Assembly: GCA_963729625.1 (NCBI GenBank)
Contig: CAVSOU010000011.1
Coordinates: 544,001 to 608,000, forward strand
Length of the DNA stretch: 64,000 nucleotides
Source: an uncultured bacterium
GTDB lineage: Bacteria; Chloroflexota; UBA5177; JANWHV01
Reading direction: 5' to 3'
The notes under the pieces are model-generated. The model saw only the letters and a list, made by a program, of their open reading frames with translations. It was not told the DNA's origin and ran no database searches. A program made the translations under genes and the position numbers. Positions 9,926 through 20,958 of the stretch are shown in pieces (position 1 is the first letter of the stretch; every line of letters begins with the position of its first letter).

Positions 9926-11155
9926 GTGACAACAGAGGTACTTGCTGCTGAGCAAGATCTACGTTTCGGCAGCATACCTGTCGACGCTCGCATCGCCCGA
10001 GCGCTGAGCGCGCTTGGCTACACGAGCCCAACGCCGATCCAGGAACAGACGATTCCGCTGATGCGTCAGGGTCGAGACGTCATCGGCCTTGCGAAGACTG
10101 GATCGGGCAAGACGGCCGGCTTTGGTATTCCACTGATCGAAGGCATTAGGACGCACGACCGGTACGTGCAGGCTATCGTGCTGACGCCGACACGAGAGTT
10201 GGCGTCGCAGGTGGCGGCGGCGCTCAGTGCACTTGGACATGCGTCGGGCGTGCGCATCGTGGCAATCTACGGGGGAGTCAGCATGCTGCCGCAGCTTCAA
10301 GCCTTACGCGGCGGAGCCCAGGTCGTGGTCGGCACTCCCGGCCGCGTGCTCGATCATGTAGCACGTGGAACGCTGGACCTGAGCCGTACGCGGCTTGTCA
10401 TTCTGGACGAAGCCGATCGCATGCTCGATGTGGGCTTCGTGCCCGACATCGACAGGATCTTGCGCGCAGTGCCCGCCGGTCGGCAAACCGGCTTGTTCAG
10501 CGCCACGTTTCCCGCCGAGGTGGAGGCGCTTGGCGCCCGCCATACGCGCGACGCCGCGCGAATCTCGCCTGCTGCTGAGGATGCTCAGCTCGACACCCTG
10601 GACGAGCGGTTTCTTCGCGTCGGCGCGGTGGGCGAGAAAGTTGACAAGCTGCACGACATTCTCATCGGCTCGGAATGCCGGCTGGCGCTGGTGTTTCGCC
10701 GAACGACCCACAAGGCGGACCGGCTCGCGAAGGATCTGGAGCAACGCGGCTTCAAGGTGGCAGCTCTGCATGGTCGGCGCTCTCAGGCTCAGAGGGAGAA
10801 GGCACTCGGCGCGCTGCGATCCGGGCAGCTCAAGGTCCTTGTCGCCACGGATATTGCCAGCCGAGGCATCGACATTACCGGCCTGACGCACGTGGTCAAC
10901 TATGACTTGCCGGATACGGCCGAGGCCTACACGCATCGCGTTGGCCGCACCGCGCGCATGGGCGCCAACGGCATCGCCATCACGCTGGTGGCGCCGGAGG
11001 ATGAGGTCGATTTGCGCAGCATCCAGCGGAAGCTTTCGCCCCAGCCAGCCCGCGTTCAGGCAACACAGGCGCCTCGCCGCGGCCGCGACATGACATTCCG
11101 GCGGCGAGCAGGTGGGGCCGGTGCGCCGTACCGCCTTAGCAGAGCACCCAGTTGA
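9926..11155 (+). CDS. DEAD-box RNA helicase
   Basis: Q motif PTPIQ, AKTGSGKT, PTRELA, TPGR, DEAD, SAT, HRVGRTAR. Confidence 0.97.
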   Translation: MTTEVLAAEQDLRFGSIPVDARIARALSALGYTSPTPIQEQTIPLMRQGRDVIGLAKTGSGKTAGFGIPLIEGIRTHDRYVQAIVLTPTRELASQVAAALSALGHASGVRIVAIYGGVSMLPQLQALRGGAQVVVGTPGRVLDHVARGTLDLSRTRLVILDEADRMLDVGFVPDIDRILRAVPAGRQTGLFSATFPAEVEALGARHTRDAARISPAAEDAQLDTLDERFLRVGAVGEKVDKLHDILIGSECRLALVFRRTTHKADRLAKDLEQRGFKVAALHGRRSQAQREKALGALRSGQLKVLVATDIASRGIDITGLTHVVNYDLPDTAEAYTHRVGRTARMGANGIAITLVAPEDEVDLRSIQRKLSPQPARVQATQAPRRGRDMTFRRRAGGAGAPYRLSRAPS

Positions 11156-11348
11156 GACTCTCGCGGCGCACGTCACGCTCACGCCGCCGCGCATAGCACG
11201 AGGCCAGCGCCTGCTGCCGGCCGTCAGTGCCCTGCAACACCTGTCGTTGCAGGGACCGGATCTCGGCAGAGATGGCGCTGAGGCGCGCGCCAGTTTCGCC
11301 CAGTTGCGCCACGGTGACTCGCTCACTCACTATCACCATGTCACTCAC
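11136..11348 (-). CDS. Small hypothetical helical protein
   Basis: 70-aa ORF with coiled-coil-like composition filling the gap; weak RBS spacing. Confidence 0.3.
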   Translation of the reverse strand: MSDMVIVSERVTVAQLGETGARLSAISAEIRSLQRQVLQGTDGRQQALASCYARRRERDVRRESLNWVLC

Positions 11349-11423
11349 TGCGTGTCCAGACGGGTTCCCTCCTGATGGGCCACCTCATGACATGGAAAGT
11401 TCCGCGAGTAACTAGGATGTGAT

Positions 11424-12545
11424 TCACAGTGTGCTCTTAAGTTTCTGAGGAATCGCTGGGCGCCGCAGGCGCGCCCGTATATCCGCAGCGCGGTCCTGGA
11501 TCTCCTGCCGTGAGATCGAGGCCGCCTCGTACATCGCGAATATGTTTTCGTCAGGCGTCTCCGGGGAGATCGTGTGCGAGGCTGCCAGGATGTACCCGCC
11601 TCCATCTGCCGTCATGCCCGCCAGCAGGCGCTCGGTCTCGCGACGTACGTCGAGCGCCGACCCATTCGGCAGAAGTTCTTGCGTGTCCACCCCGCCCATG
11701 AAGGCGAGCCGATCACCGTACTCACGCTTCAGCTCCAGAGGCTCCATACCCGGACAATTGCTCTGCACCGGGTTGAGCACGCTCAGTCCAATCTCGATCA
11801 GGTCGGGGATGATGGAACGCAACGCTCCGCAGCAGTGGTAGGCCACCGGCAGGCCGTGCGCGTGGCCCACCTCGAACACGCGCGCGAGATGCGGCTTCAC
11901 CAGGGCGCGCCACGATCGCGGGCTGAACATCATATTCTGCTGGGATGCGACGTCGTCCCCGGTCCAGAACCAGTCCAGATCGAAGCGCTCGCAGGCCAGC
12001 CGGCCCAGCTCGCACGAGAAGTCCGCGCAGCGTCCGAACATCTCGCTCGCCAGATCGGGATCGCCGGCCATGTCCAGCATGGCGTCCTCCATGCCGCGCA
12101 GGCGCCAGTACATCTCAAAGACGCATGGCGATACGTCGCAGCCGATGTACGCGCCGTCGTGCATGCCCACTATCGGGTCCATGTTGGCCAGCAAATCGTT
12201 CACGTGCTCCCGCGGAAAGGCGTAGCCCAGCACCATGTCGCGCGATGCGCCGGCCAGTGGGTAGTTCGCGATCTGGTTGAAGCCGTAGCGCCTCTCCCAG
12301 GTGATGCCCCACCAATCGCAGTGTCTGTCGCCGTCCGAGTCGTGCACGATCCCTTCCATAGCATAGTTATTGTTCACCCACGCCTGGCGGATATCGTTGC
12401 CCATCGCTTCGCCGACATACCCTGCAGGTACATCGAGTAGGCGCGCCAGGCGCTCGTTGGTCGAAGGATGAAACCACATGTACACCGGCACCCTGTCGAC
12501 CGGCTGCTTCTTGAGAGCCCTGACTACCCTTTCACGCGATTTCAC
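11424..12545 (-). CDS. Uroporphyrinogen decarboxylase family protein (MtaA/CmuA-like corrinoid methyltransferase)
   Basis: MKSRERV...PVDRVP start; D.WG..W; GDDVASQ; Zn-type YHCCG; NPVQ; FMGGVDTQ; GGGYILAASH. Confidence 0.9.
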   Translation of the reverse strand: MKSRERVVRALKKQPVDRVPVYMWFHPSTNERLARLLDVPAGYVGEAMGNDIRQAWVNNNYAMEGIVHDSDGDRHCDWWGITWERRYGFNQIANYPLAGASRDMVLGYAFPREHVNDLLANMDPIVGMHDGAYIGCDVSPCVFEMYWRLRGMEDAMLDMAGDPDLASEMFGRCADFSCELGRLACERFDLDWFWTGDDVASQQNMMFSPRSWRALVKPHLARVFEVGHAHGLPVAYHCCGALRSIIPDLIEIGLSVLNPVQSNCPGMEPLELKREYGDRLAFMGGVDTQELLPNGSALDVRRETERLLAGMTADGGGYILAASHTISPETPDENIFAMYEAASISRQEIQDRAADIRARLRRPAIPQKLKSTL

Positions 12546-12675
12546 GGCACGCCCCCATCGTCCTGCGAGGCTGGTCGTCCTGACCGCGCCTCTTGCATGC
12601 TGTCCGTCCTAAACCATTGGCCCGTGTGTCGCAGCACACAGTGCGCCGCCTGCGGAGCGGGTCGAATGGATTCTC

Positions 12676-13779
12676 CTATATCTCCCCGTCCAGGCCCGAG
12701 GGCAGTGCTGACGGGCGGAGGCACATGCTCGTGAGCTCGACGTGGCTACCAGTGCGAGCCGCATCGTCGATCGACGTCATAATGTCCAGTACGTGATACG
12801 TGAGATCGCCGCTGGCCCGATGCGGCCTCCCCCTGCGGAGTGCGTCGGCCATGTCTGCCACTCCGATGCCGCGACTATTGGTCGTGTAGCCATGCGTCAG
12901 GGGAATTTCGCTCCAGCCGGCGGAGCCGGCCCGCCTGAGGCTCACGGGACCGCCATACGTGTTGGGATCGGGAACGCCGAGCGAGCCCTCGGTACCGTAA
13001 ATCTCAATGGTCGGCACGTTCGCGGCCCAGACATCAAAGCTGGTGACCAGGGTGGCGATGGCGCCCGTGGCGAACTCAAGTATCCCTGCCACGTGCGTCG
13101 GCACCTCGACACCGATCGTGGCGCCGTACTGTGGGGCGCTGGTAATCGTCCGTTCCGGGAATGTGATGCGCGCGGCGCCGGTGACGCGCCTGACCGGCCC
13201 GATCAGCGAGACAAGGGCACTCAAGTAGTATGGTCCCATATCCAGCATCGGCCCTCCGCCGCGCTTGTAGTAGAAGGCCGGGTCGGGGTGCCAGCTTTCG
13301 TGACCGTGGCAGAGCATAAAGGCAGTGGCCGCGACCGGCGTCCCGATCCATCCATCGTCGATCAACTTCCGGCACGTCTGCAGGCCGCCGCCCAGGAAGG
13401 TGTCCGGCGCCCCGCCTAGCAGCAGGCTGCGTTGGTGAGCCAATTCCACCAGGTCCTTCGCATCGTCGCGCGACACCGCCAGAGGCTTCTCATTGTACAC
13501 GTGCTTCCCGGCCTGGAGTGCCTTGCGCGCAACCTCGGCGTGTGCTGCTGGGATTGTCAGGTTGATGATTAGCTCGATCGACGGATCCGCCAGCATGGCG
13601 TCGACGCTGACGGCCGAGATGCCGAACTGAGCCGCCCGTGACTCAGCACGGCTCATATCGAGGTCGGCGCAAGCCAACAGGTTGAGAGATTTCAGGCGCT
13701 TGGCGTTTTCTAGATAGATGCTGCTGATGTTGCCGCAGCCGACGACTCCGACCCCTACCGCGTTCTGCACACCATTCAT
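12676..13779 (-). CDS. Gfo/Idh/MocA family NAD(P)-dependent oxidoreductase
   Basis: [30 protein letters not shown]. Confidence 0.95.
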   Translation of the reverse strand: MNGVQNAVGVGVVGCGNISSIYLENAKRLKSLNLLACADLDMSRAESRAAQFGISAVSVDAMLADPSIELIINLTIPAAHAEVARKALQAGKHVYNEKPLAVSRDDAKDLVELAHQRSLLLGGAPDTFLGGGLQTCRKLIDDGWIGTPVAATAFMLCHGHESWHPDPAFYYKRGGGPMLDMGPYYLSALVSLIGPVRRVTGAARITFPERTITSAPQYGATIGVEVPTHVAGILEFATGAIATLVTSFDVWAANVPTIEIYGTEGSLGVPDPNTYGGPVSLRRAGSAGWSEIPLTHGYTTNSRGIGVADMADALRRGRPHRASGDLTYHVLDIMTSIDDAARTGSHVELTSMCLRPSALPSGLDGEI

Positions 13780-14498
13780 GCCAGCGCCCTCCCCTGCACC
13801 GCGGCAGGGCCGCCGTTTGGAAACGCGGATGCCACGTCCTCAGCGCGCGCCGCCCAGAGCAATCCACGCAGGCAAAGTGCATGCACCTCGGCAATGGCTA
13901 CGACATCTGCGTGGTGCCCGAGCGAACAATAGAACACCCGGCCCCGGCCCCAGAGACGTGTCCAGATCACCGGGACGTCGACCGGGCCGTTGGCGCTATG
14001 CGGGCCATCCACGACAGGGAAGCGGGTAGTCGCCAGCACATGGTTCGCGGGATCCACATGCATGTAGTACTGCTCGGTGACTACCTCGAAGTCGCTCGCC
14101 CCGGACGTGATGAAATGTTCGTGATCGACGATGGTTATGCCGTGCCGGATGCCGTCCCCTCCCGGGTGAGCCACCCATTGACCACCGACCATGAATTGAT
14201 AGTCCGTGGCCTGGCGGAAGGAGTCGCCCATACCGCCGTGGCAGCCGCCAAGGCCTGCACCGCTCTCCACGGCGGCCAGGAGATTCTCAAGCTGGACCTG
14301 CGTGATCTCACCCATGGTCCAGACCGGGCAGATCAGGTCCAGCCCCATCAGCTTCTCGCGGTCCAGCAACGAATCAAGCGTGTCCGACACGGCAACGTCG
14401 AAGCCCGCCACGCGTAGGCTATCGGCAAAGACGGCGGCGACTTGCCGCGGTTCATGTCCGTCCCAGCCACCCCATACGATCAACGCTTTCTTGTCCAC
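13776..14498 (-). CDS. ThuA domain protein
   Basis: [41 protein letters not shown]; overlaps the Gfo start by 4 nt. Confidence 0.93.
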   Translation of the reverse strand: MDKKALIVWGGWDGHEPRQVAAVFADSLRVAGFDVAVSDTLDSLLDREKLMGLDLICPVWTMGEITQVQLENLLAAVESGAGLGGCHGGMGDSFRQATDYQFMVGGQWVAHPGGDGIRHGITIVDHEHFITSGASDFEVVTEQYYMHVDPANHVLATTRFPVVDGPHSANGPVDVPVIWTRLWGRGRVFYCSLGHHADVVAIAEVHALCLRGLLWAARAEDVASAFPNGGPAAVQGRALA

Positions 14499-14779
14499 CT
14501 GGACCTATACCTCTCTACTAGACTTCAGCGCATTTGAGCCTCACCGGCGCTCCACTCAAATCGGGACTCGCTCGACCGCGCGCCAGCATGAGCGGTCCAT
14601 CGGCCGAACGCGCACTGCATGGTCGGCATTCACATCCCCTGACAGGAACGGATCACCAGCTCTCAGCTGTTCGGGAATCAGATTACCATGAACGGGTCGT
14701 GACCTATTCCCCTGGTGGGTCGGTTGTCACGCTCGTGGCCATTGGCCCAGCACCGTTCTGACACCGCACTGTCGGGTAC

Positions 14780-14801
14780 CGGGTACCCACAAGAGTGGGT
14801 G
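14780..14801. repeat. REP-like palindrome CGGGTACCCAC-AAGA-GTGGGTG
   Basis: Identical 22-mer recurs at 38504-38525. Confidence 0.6.
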
Positions 14802-15248
14802 ATGAGTGGGTGATGCTGCCATGATGGTAGAGTCGAGGACGAGCGCGGTGGCCTCCTCGTGGTGGCTCCGTTTCCCGTCCCCGCTCATCAAGTCGGGTAG
14901 GCCGCCGGCGAGCCACGACCTCGGCCAGTCCCGCGAGCGTCCGTCATTGCCGGCCGGGTTGATATGCGCCGGGATCGCCTCGGACGCAAGGAGCGGGAAG
15001 CGCACCACGCCAGGCAGGAGGAAGCCGGTCCTCGCCGGTGCGCCAAAAGCGTGGAACGGGGCGTTCGGGTCGCCTGCGCACCGCGTGAGCATGCCCTCGA
15101 CGGTGGTATTGCTGCATCGAAATGCATCAGCCTGCTGATCGGTTCGGCGCTTGCTGACCCACTCTTGGCACTGGCCGACTGTGAAAAAAGAACAAGAGAG
15201 ATGGGCGCATGTCGAATATCGCGTGTCGCCATGTGCTATATCCAGGCA

Positions 15249-15284
15249 TCCCACTTGACAGAGAAAGTGGGAGACTGGTAGACT
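15249..15284 (+). promoter_or_regulatory. vapBC promoter (TTGACA -35, TAGACT -10) overlapped by inverted-repeat operator TCCCACTT-N8-AAGTGGGA
   Basis: TTGACA 15255-15260, TAGACT 15279-15284, palindrome 15249-15272; typical of TA autorepression. Confidence 0.75.
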
Positions 15285-15291
15285 TGCCCAT

Positions 15292-15567
15292 ATGAAAGGC
15301 GTGAGTGGGACAGCACGTTTGGACGAGCGTGGGCGCTTGGTGGTGCCGGCAGAGCTGCGTCGCCGGCTTGGCCTCCGTGCCGGCGATGAGATGAAGATCA
15401 GCGAGGAGGCCGACGGCGTCCTCCGCGTAGAAAGCCACCGCGCTGCTGCCCGCGCGCTGATCGGCTCGGCCGGGCACATGAAGGGCTCAGCCGTCGAGGA
15501 GTTGCGGGCTGAGCGTCGCCGACAGGCGGCGGCAGAAGACCAGGCTGCACAGCGCGGATCTCGATGA
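15292..15567 (+). CDS. vapB: AbrB/MazE/SpoVT-family antitoxin (VapB-type)
   Basis: LDERGRLVVPAELRRRLGL..GD motif; ATGA overlap with the PIN gene. Confidence 0.9.
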   Translation: MKGVSGTARLDERGRLVVPAELRRRLGLRAGDEMKISEEADGVLRVESHRAAARALIGSAGHMKGSAVEELRAERRRQAAAEDQAAQRGSR

Positions 15568-15974
15568 CCGTCGCGATCGACGCGTCGGCGCTGTTGGCGC
15601 TGCTGTTCGCTGAGCCCGGTGCCGAGTTGGTCGCCGACGCGATCGCCGGCAGAGCAGCGACGAGCGCCGTCAATCTCAGTGAAGTGGCAACCGTCCTTGT
15701 GCGCCACAAGAAGGATCCCGCGACGGTTCTTGGCCCTGTCCGCGAGCTTCTCGCAGTAGAGCCGTTCACGGACGCGGATGCGATGGCGGCCGCTGCGCTC
15801 TATCCGAAGACGACAAGCAAGGGTCTGTCGCTCGGCGATCGCGCTTGCCTCGCGCTCGCGCAGCGACTAGGGGCTCCAACACTGACGGCCGAGCGTGTCT
15901 GGGCCGAGCTTGACCTCGACATCGACGTGCAGCTGATCAGGGGGTCTGTGGAGGACGAGGCGGTGGAGCGATGA
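15564..15974 (+). CDS. vapC: PIN-domain toxin VapC
   Basis: IDASALLA...EPG, SAVNLSE, GLSLGDRACLALA, LTAE. Confidence 0.93.
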   Translation: MTVAIDASALLALLFAEPGAELVADAIAGRAATSAVNLSEVATVLVRHKKDPATVLGPVRELLAVEPFTDADAMAAAALYPKTTSKGLSLGDRACLALAQRLGAPTLTAERVWAELDLDIDVQLIRGSVEDEAVER

Positions 15975-16264
15975 AGAAGACCAACGACACCTACTGTGTG
16001 ACCTTCACGGGCAAGCGGACGACGGAACGCTACTACCGCGACAGGCAGGGTTGGGTGAAGGTGTCGAACCGGGGTCGCGTGTTCAGGGCGAGCGCCGAGC
16101 AGGTACTCAACCACCTGCTGCCGGCGCTCGCGTTCGCGGAACGACTCGGCCTGGCCGTGACCGTCGGCCATACCGAGACTCCGTACTGGCAGACCCCCGC
16201 CGCACAGGCGGACTCTCCCTGCCCGCCTGGAGAGATGCGCTCGACAACGCTTCACAATGAGTGA
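15971..16264 (+). CDS. Hypothetical protein translationally coupled to vapC
   Basis: ATGA overlap with vapC stop, GGAG RBS, GC3-biased codons. Confidence 0.65.
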   Translation: MKKTNDTYCVTFTGKRTTERYYRDRQGWVKVSNRGRVFRASAEQVLNHLLPALAFAERLGLAVTVGHTETPYWQTPAAQADSPCPPGEMRSTTLHNE

Positions 16265-16508
16265 TGACTGATCGATGCTGTTGGCGAACCGGGCCAGCAA
16301 CGCACGATCCTGGGAGCGCGGGCCTCTCGCCCAATACGCCTTAGATAAGCGAGATACAGGTTCAGCCTAAGGGCCGGCCTCGGCGGCGACCGCTATGGAC
16401 GTGATCATCGTGCGGTCATGTGGGCAAGCAATAATGGGACTATGTGACTGAAGTCGCCCAGTGCCACCACAGACAATCCGTGCGCTGGGCGCGACACGAG
16501 GGAACAGG

Positions 16509-17927
16509 ATGCACTGGATCCCGGTCAAGCGACCGATTGGAATTGGCCTCGCTGTCTTGGTCGTGGCCACTGGCTTTCTCACGCGCGGCGGCATGCACAC
16601 ACTTGCAGCGAGCATGCTGTCGGCGCTGATCCACGTCCGGCCGGCTACGATCCTCGAGATCGTGGCGCTTGGGAGTGCCGCTGCCCTCCTGAGCGGCGTT
16701 GAGTGGTGGCGGCTGCTGCATCGTCTCGGTTACTCGGTACCGTTTCGCGCGGGGTTCACGGCATATCTCAGCGCCGGTCTTGGCGGCTACGTGGTGAATT
16801 CGGTCGGTCCTGCCCTGGGATCGGCCGCGAGCTTGCGCCAGCACGGCGTCACGCCGGGCAGGGCTGCGCTTCTCACCTTGATTGCCAACGCCCTTGGCTT
16901 TTGCGGCATCCTGGTCTGGACGCCGCTGGGGCTGGTCGTGTTGGCTCGTACCGGCGTGGACCGCTCGCTGCCGATCATCGGCGGCAGGGGACCAATCGCG
17001 GCGGCCCTGGCGCTGCTGAGCCTTGCGCTTATCATGCTGTTCGTGCTCAGAGCGTTGGCTTCGGCGTCGACGTCGCGCAACCGGTTGGCGCGCCGGCTGT
17101 TGGGTAGCGTGCCCAATGGTGATGGGGATGCGCGACCGCTGTCAAGTCGCCAGTTGATCGCGCTGGTCCCCTGGAGTGCCGCTTCATGGGTCGTGGGTAT
17201 TGGCGCCCTGTACGTTGCCCTTTCCACGATGAGTCCCGGTATCGCAGTCAGCTTCGGCACGGTTATTGGCGCGGCAGCGCTCGCAGCGGGGCTCGGATCG
17301 CTGGCTTTCATCGTGCCCGAGGGCGTGGGGGTAAGCGAGAGCGCGGTGGCTGTCCTGCTCGCGCACGCAAGTGGCGTGCCCGTTACCACGGGTCTTGCCG
17401 CGGCACTCGCCGTGCGCGCGCTCGACCCATTGACCAAGCTGTGTCTGCTTGGCGCGCTGGCGCTCAGCGGCGCCCCAGCCACGAGGCTGGTTGCCCGCGT
17501 GCACCCTTGGTCGCCACGATTTGACCTGCGCGGCACTGCTTCGTCACTTGTAGCCACGCGGCAGGCCTTCCTCGCGTTGCCTCGCCAGGCATCTTTCCAT
17601 AGTTCTGCGCTGCTTGCCGACGTTCTTCCCCTGGCACGTGCGCTTGCGAAAGCACTGGGCAGCCGCGGCGGTCGATTCCTCGACGATATTCTGGGAAGCA
17701 AGCGGACAGCGTTCAGCACGTTGCGTGCGCGCGGCGTCGCCTTGCTCGCTTGCGGAATGCTGCTCTTGGGCGTCGCCGGATCGTTGCCGCGCACCGCGCA
17801 GGCACATGCAACGCGCGATTGGCACCTACGCGGCTATGTTCGCGCCGGTGACGACCGCCAACACGCTGCCACGTCCATCACTTTCGACCGCTCCATCCCG
17901 CGCAATGGCTCGATTACTGCGCTCTGA
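16509..17927 (+). CDS. Lysylphosphatidylglycerol synthase TM-domain / flippase-like (UPF0104) membrane protein
   Basis: Multiple TM helices, W..LL..LG motif, P.GVGV.E motif; RBS GAGGG before ATG 16509. Confidence 0.8.
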   Translation: MHWIPVKRPIGIGLAVLVVATGFLTRGGMHTLAASMLSALIHVRPATILEIVALGSAAALLSGVEWWRLLHRLGYSVPFRAGFTAYLSAGLGGYVVNSVGPALGSAASLRQHGVTPGRAALLTLIANALGFCGILVWTPLGLVVLARTGVDRSLPIIGGRGPIAAALALLSLALIMLFVLRALASASTSRNRLARRLLGSVPNGDGDARPLSSRQLIALVPWSAASWVVGIGALYVALSTMSPGIAVSFGTVIGAAALAAGLGSLAFIVPEGVGVSESAVAVLLAHASGVPVTTGLAAALAVRALDPLTKLCLLGALALSGAPATRLVARVHPWSPRFDLRGTASSLVATRQAFLALPRQASFHSSALLADVLPLARALAKALGSRGGRFLDDILGSKRTAFSTLRARGVALLACGMLLLGVAGSLPRTAQAHATRDWHLRGYVRAGDDRQHAATSITFDRSIPRNGSITAL

Positions 17928-18013
17928 GGACTCCTCGACACGCTGCTCGCGGTCGATCGCACGACCGGAAGCTTGGCCCTCTGGCGCGCTGCTGGTGGCG
18001 TTGGGACTGTTCG

Positions 18014-18742
18014 TCATTGATGCGCACCGTGAGCTTCCGATTCAGAGACGGCCCCATATCTGGTGCCATAGAGTGCCGGTTCGAATGGCGCTCGTCGGCC
18101 GGGGCAATTCTCCCGCGGACAAAGCTGGCAACTCTCGAAGTGTTCGGTTGTCGGGAATCGGATACCTGAGACCGTCTTGGTCGGTACCATCAGCAGGCTT
18201 TCGGTTAGGCGCACGCCGATCGTCCGAGCGCCTGTCCCAAACAGACCAAACAGGACTTGCTGCTGCTGAATCTGCCAATCGGCAAGCGATCCGGGATTCA
18301 TAACACTCGTCTCGCCTGGGTTATATGTCGCGGCAATGTGTTCCGACAGTGCCTGACTTGCTGCCACCAGGGCGAGCTGCTTCACTATCTCTGCCCAGAA
18401 GCGGTGCAGCGGATCCGCGATGCGTTCACCCCACTCCTGCAACTCCGCCCCGCACGTGGCAAGGTACGGAAACACCCGATACGCTTTGGCAAGATTCACG
18501 CTCAGGACGCGACTGGAGAAGCGTTGACTCTCGACCTCGACGAAATCCTCGCCCCGATCGGTAACATACGCCACCAGGTAGAGGGCTTTGGGCCGGGCAA
18601 GCCGTGCTCCGTCCGCTGCCAACGGCAACAATTCCTGAGCAAGTGCGCTGCCCTCTTCGATTCGAGCCTCCCTGAACAAGGCCGGTGCATCCAGATCGAA
18701 GGCAATGTTCTCCAGCACATGAGACACCACTGCGGCCGTCAT
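18014..18742 (-). CDS. Stand-alone vitamin B12-dependent methionine synthase activation-domain protein
   Basis: YLATCG, NPGSLADW, IGVRLTESLLMVPTKTVSG, C-terminal CQLCPRENCPGRR; RBS before ATG 18742. Confidence 0.85.
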   Translation of the reverse strand: MTAAVVSHVLENIAFDLDAPALFREARIEEGSALAQELLPLAADGARLARPKALYLVAYVTDRGEDFVEVESQRFSSRVLSVNLAKAYRVFPYLATCGAELQEWGERIADPLHRFWAEIVKQLALVAASQALSEHIAATYNPGETSVMNPGSLADWQIQQQQVLFGLFGTGARTIGVRLTESLLMVPTKTVSGIRFPTTEHFESCQLCPRENCPGRRAPFEPALYGTRYGAVSESEAHGAHQ

Positions 18743-19105
18743 ACTGTGGCCCCCTCTACTAGGAAACTTCCTCCACGCCGCCTGCACGTGGTGTCGCCGC
18801 CTGAAGTGAAGCCGGCAACCCCTGCATGTTGCCGCGCTGCCGGCGAACGATTCAGGCAAGCCGCGCCGATCACAGATCGATCCATCGTCGCTCCGCATCC
18901 GACCTGACCGCCGCATCGATCACCTGCTGACAACGCACGCCGTCCTCGAAGCTCGGGGACATTTGGCGTCTCTCAAGAGCAGCGTCAACCAACAACATCG
19001 GCGGCATAGAAACAGTCCTTGCAAATGTAGCGTATAAGCGTCGAGCTGACGCCTTAAATCCCTGGCGTGCATTGACTCACTGAGTGAACCAGACTCTGCG
19101 GGCGA

Positions 19106-19825
19106 TCAGCGAGATGTCTCGCTTTCAGCCCTGGCCAGACCGGCGAGGAAAGCATCCAGCCCTGCCGCAAACGCCAGATCGTTGTCGATTCCCTCCGTCT
19201 CCATTCCAGCGGCAACAGCGGCGACAAGAGGATACTCATGTGGCTGAGCGTCCTGTAGACGGGCAGCCAGACCGCCGGCCGGGATCCCGTTCACCTCCGC
19301 CGGCGTGTTTCCCACTTCGAGCAGGACGTAGCCCAGCACGTACGCGGTCAGCGCGGTGGCGATGTTCCAGGCACCGGTCGGACCAAGACCGCCACGTCGC
19401 ATCACGGCGAGAAGAGTCTCGGTTACCCGCAAGCTGCGCGCGCGCGACGGTCGCGACACGACGATCGGCAGCGCCTTTGGATGGCGAAGCAACGCCGACC
19501 GGTACGCGCAGGCGACGTCGCGCACGCGATCGAGCCACGAAGATCCCGTCACAAGGGGTGGAAGCGCTATCTCCGCCAGCACTGCATCGACGACGCTGTC
19601 AAGCAGCTCGTCTTTGCCTCCGGTGTGGTAGTGCACCACGGAAGGCACGACCCCGAGCTCGACGCTCAGGCGACGAAGCGACAGACTGCCGGCGCCTTCA
19701 CGGTCGATCAGGCTCAGCGCCACACGCAGAGCGGTCGCACGTGTGATCGCGGCGGATGGCGAGTCACCCGCTCGGCGCTCGTCTTCAGCTCGACTGACAA
19801 TGCTCGCATCGTCTGATGTAGCCAC
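19106..19825 (-). CDS. TetR family transcriptional regulator (TetR_C domain)
   Basis: ALSLIDREG...LSLRRL..ELGV....HYH..GKDELL HTH; AGGAGG RBS before GTG 19825. Confidence 0.92.
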   Translation of the reverse strand: MATSDDASIVSRAEDERRAGDSPSAAITRATALRVALSLIDREGAGSLSLRRLSVELGVVPSVVHYHTGGKDELLDSVVDAVLAEIALPPLVTGSSWLDRVRDVACAYRSALLRHPKALPIVVSRPSRARSLRVTETLLAVMRRGGLGPTGAWNIATALTAYVLGYVLLEVGNTPAEVNGIPAGGLAARLQDAQPHEYPLVAAVAAGMETEGIDNDLAFAAGLDAFLAGLARAESETSR

Positions 19826-20958
19826 GCCGCACTCCTCCTGGCCGCGAGAGATGTGGGCGCCGGTAGCGTTGCTGGCGCGGCGCCCTACACCCATCCTACC
19901 CTGCACGGCTGGTCCTGTCTTTGGTGCTCGGCCATCAACCTCGGCATCCAATTCTACGGTAGCGCCTCTTCCTGCCCTATGGTTTGCCGGTGGCGTGACC
20001 GTGAACGGCCATAGCAGGCGGGCAGCCTGTCAAGGAGCGTTCGCCTTTGCGGCCCACCATGCGCCTTCATGTGCGGGCTACAAGCTCGGGCGGCCTGATT
20101 TCGCACACAGCAACGCGCCGACATCTGTGGCACCTGAGCCGCATCTGTGACATCTGCGCTTCTGGAACACGTCGAACGCAGCGCGTGAAGTAAGCAGGAA
20201 TCGCCCCGCTCGCCTGCGATCAATTGCCGATCATTTGCCCCCGGCCGGACTCTGAGCCGTTGAGGCCGGGTTTCGCGTAGGAGGGGCACGATATGCGCCA
20301 CGGGGCCGTCTTCGCACGCATTAGCGGCGGCATCGACCTGTATATGCTCCCCCAGTAACACTAATCTGCGGTAGGAGAATGGGAGCGGGGTCACTGCCGT
20401 GCCGCTACTATTGACCTGATGGTGCCGAAGCCGGCACTTGCAGAGTGTCCGAAACGGGCTAGCCTCTGCCGAGTTTGGAAGCCGTTCGGCCCCCTCCCCA
20501 CGCTAGTGCTAGGCGATCTCGATGAGAGACCACGCTTTCCTCCATCTGCATGGCGCGCTGCGAGCGTGCAACGCCGTAACCATCAGCTTGACGCGATCGT
20601 TCAGGCGTGAGATGGGGTGCTTTGGGGTTGGCAGGCGAGCCGGCGAAGAGGCAGACGACGCAGGAATCCTCAGGAGGTGGGCAACCACTTTTCTGTCCCG
20701 CAGGCTGGAGAAAAGGCGTGATGTCGGGTAGATGGACGGCAGGCGATAGGGTAGGATGATGGAACCGAGCCACATCTCCATGGACTTTGGCTGCGGTCTT
20801 GTTCTCCCACCCGTGCCTGTGCGGCAGCGGCGCGCTGCAGCTCCGGCCTAGCGTCTTCTGGCTGGATGTGTGCCTAAGGGGTGCCGAAATACATGCACAC
20901 AGGATCAAACTTCAGATTGCCTGGAAGTGAGAAACCCAGAATGGGCCGAGGCTAGCCA

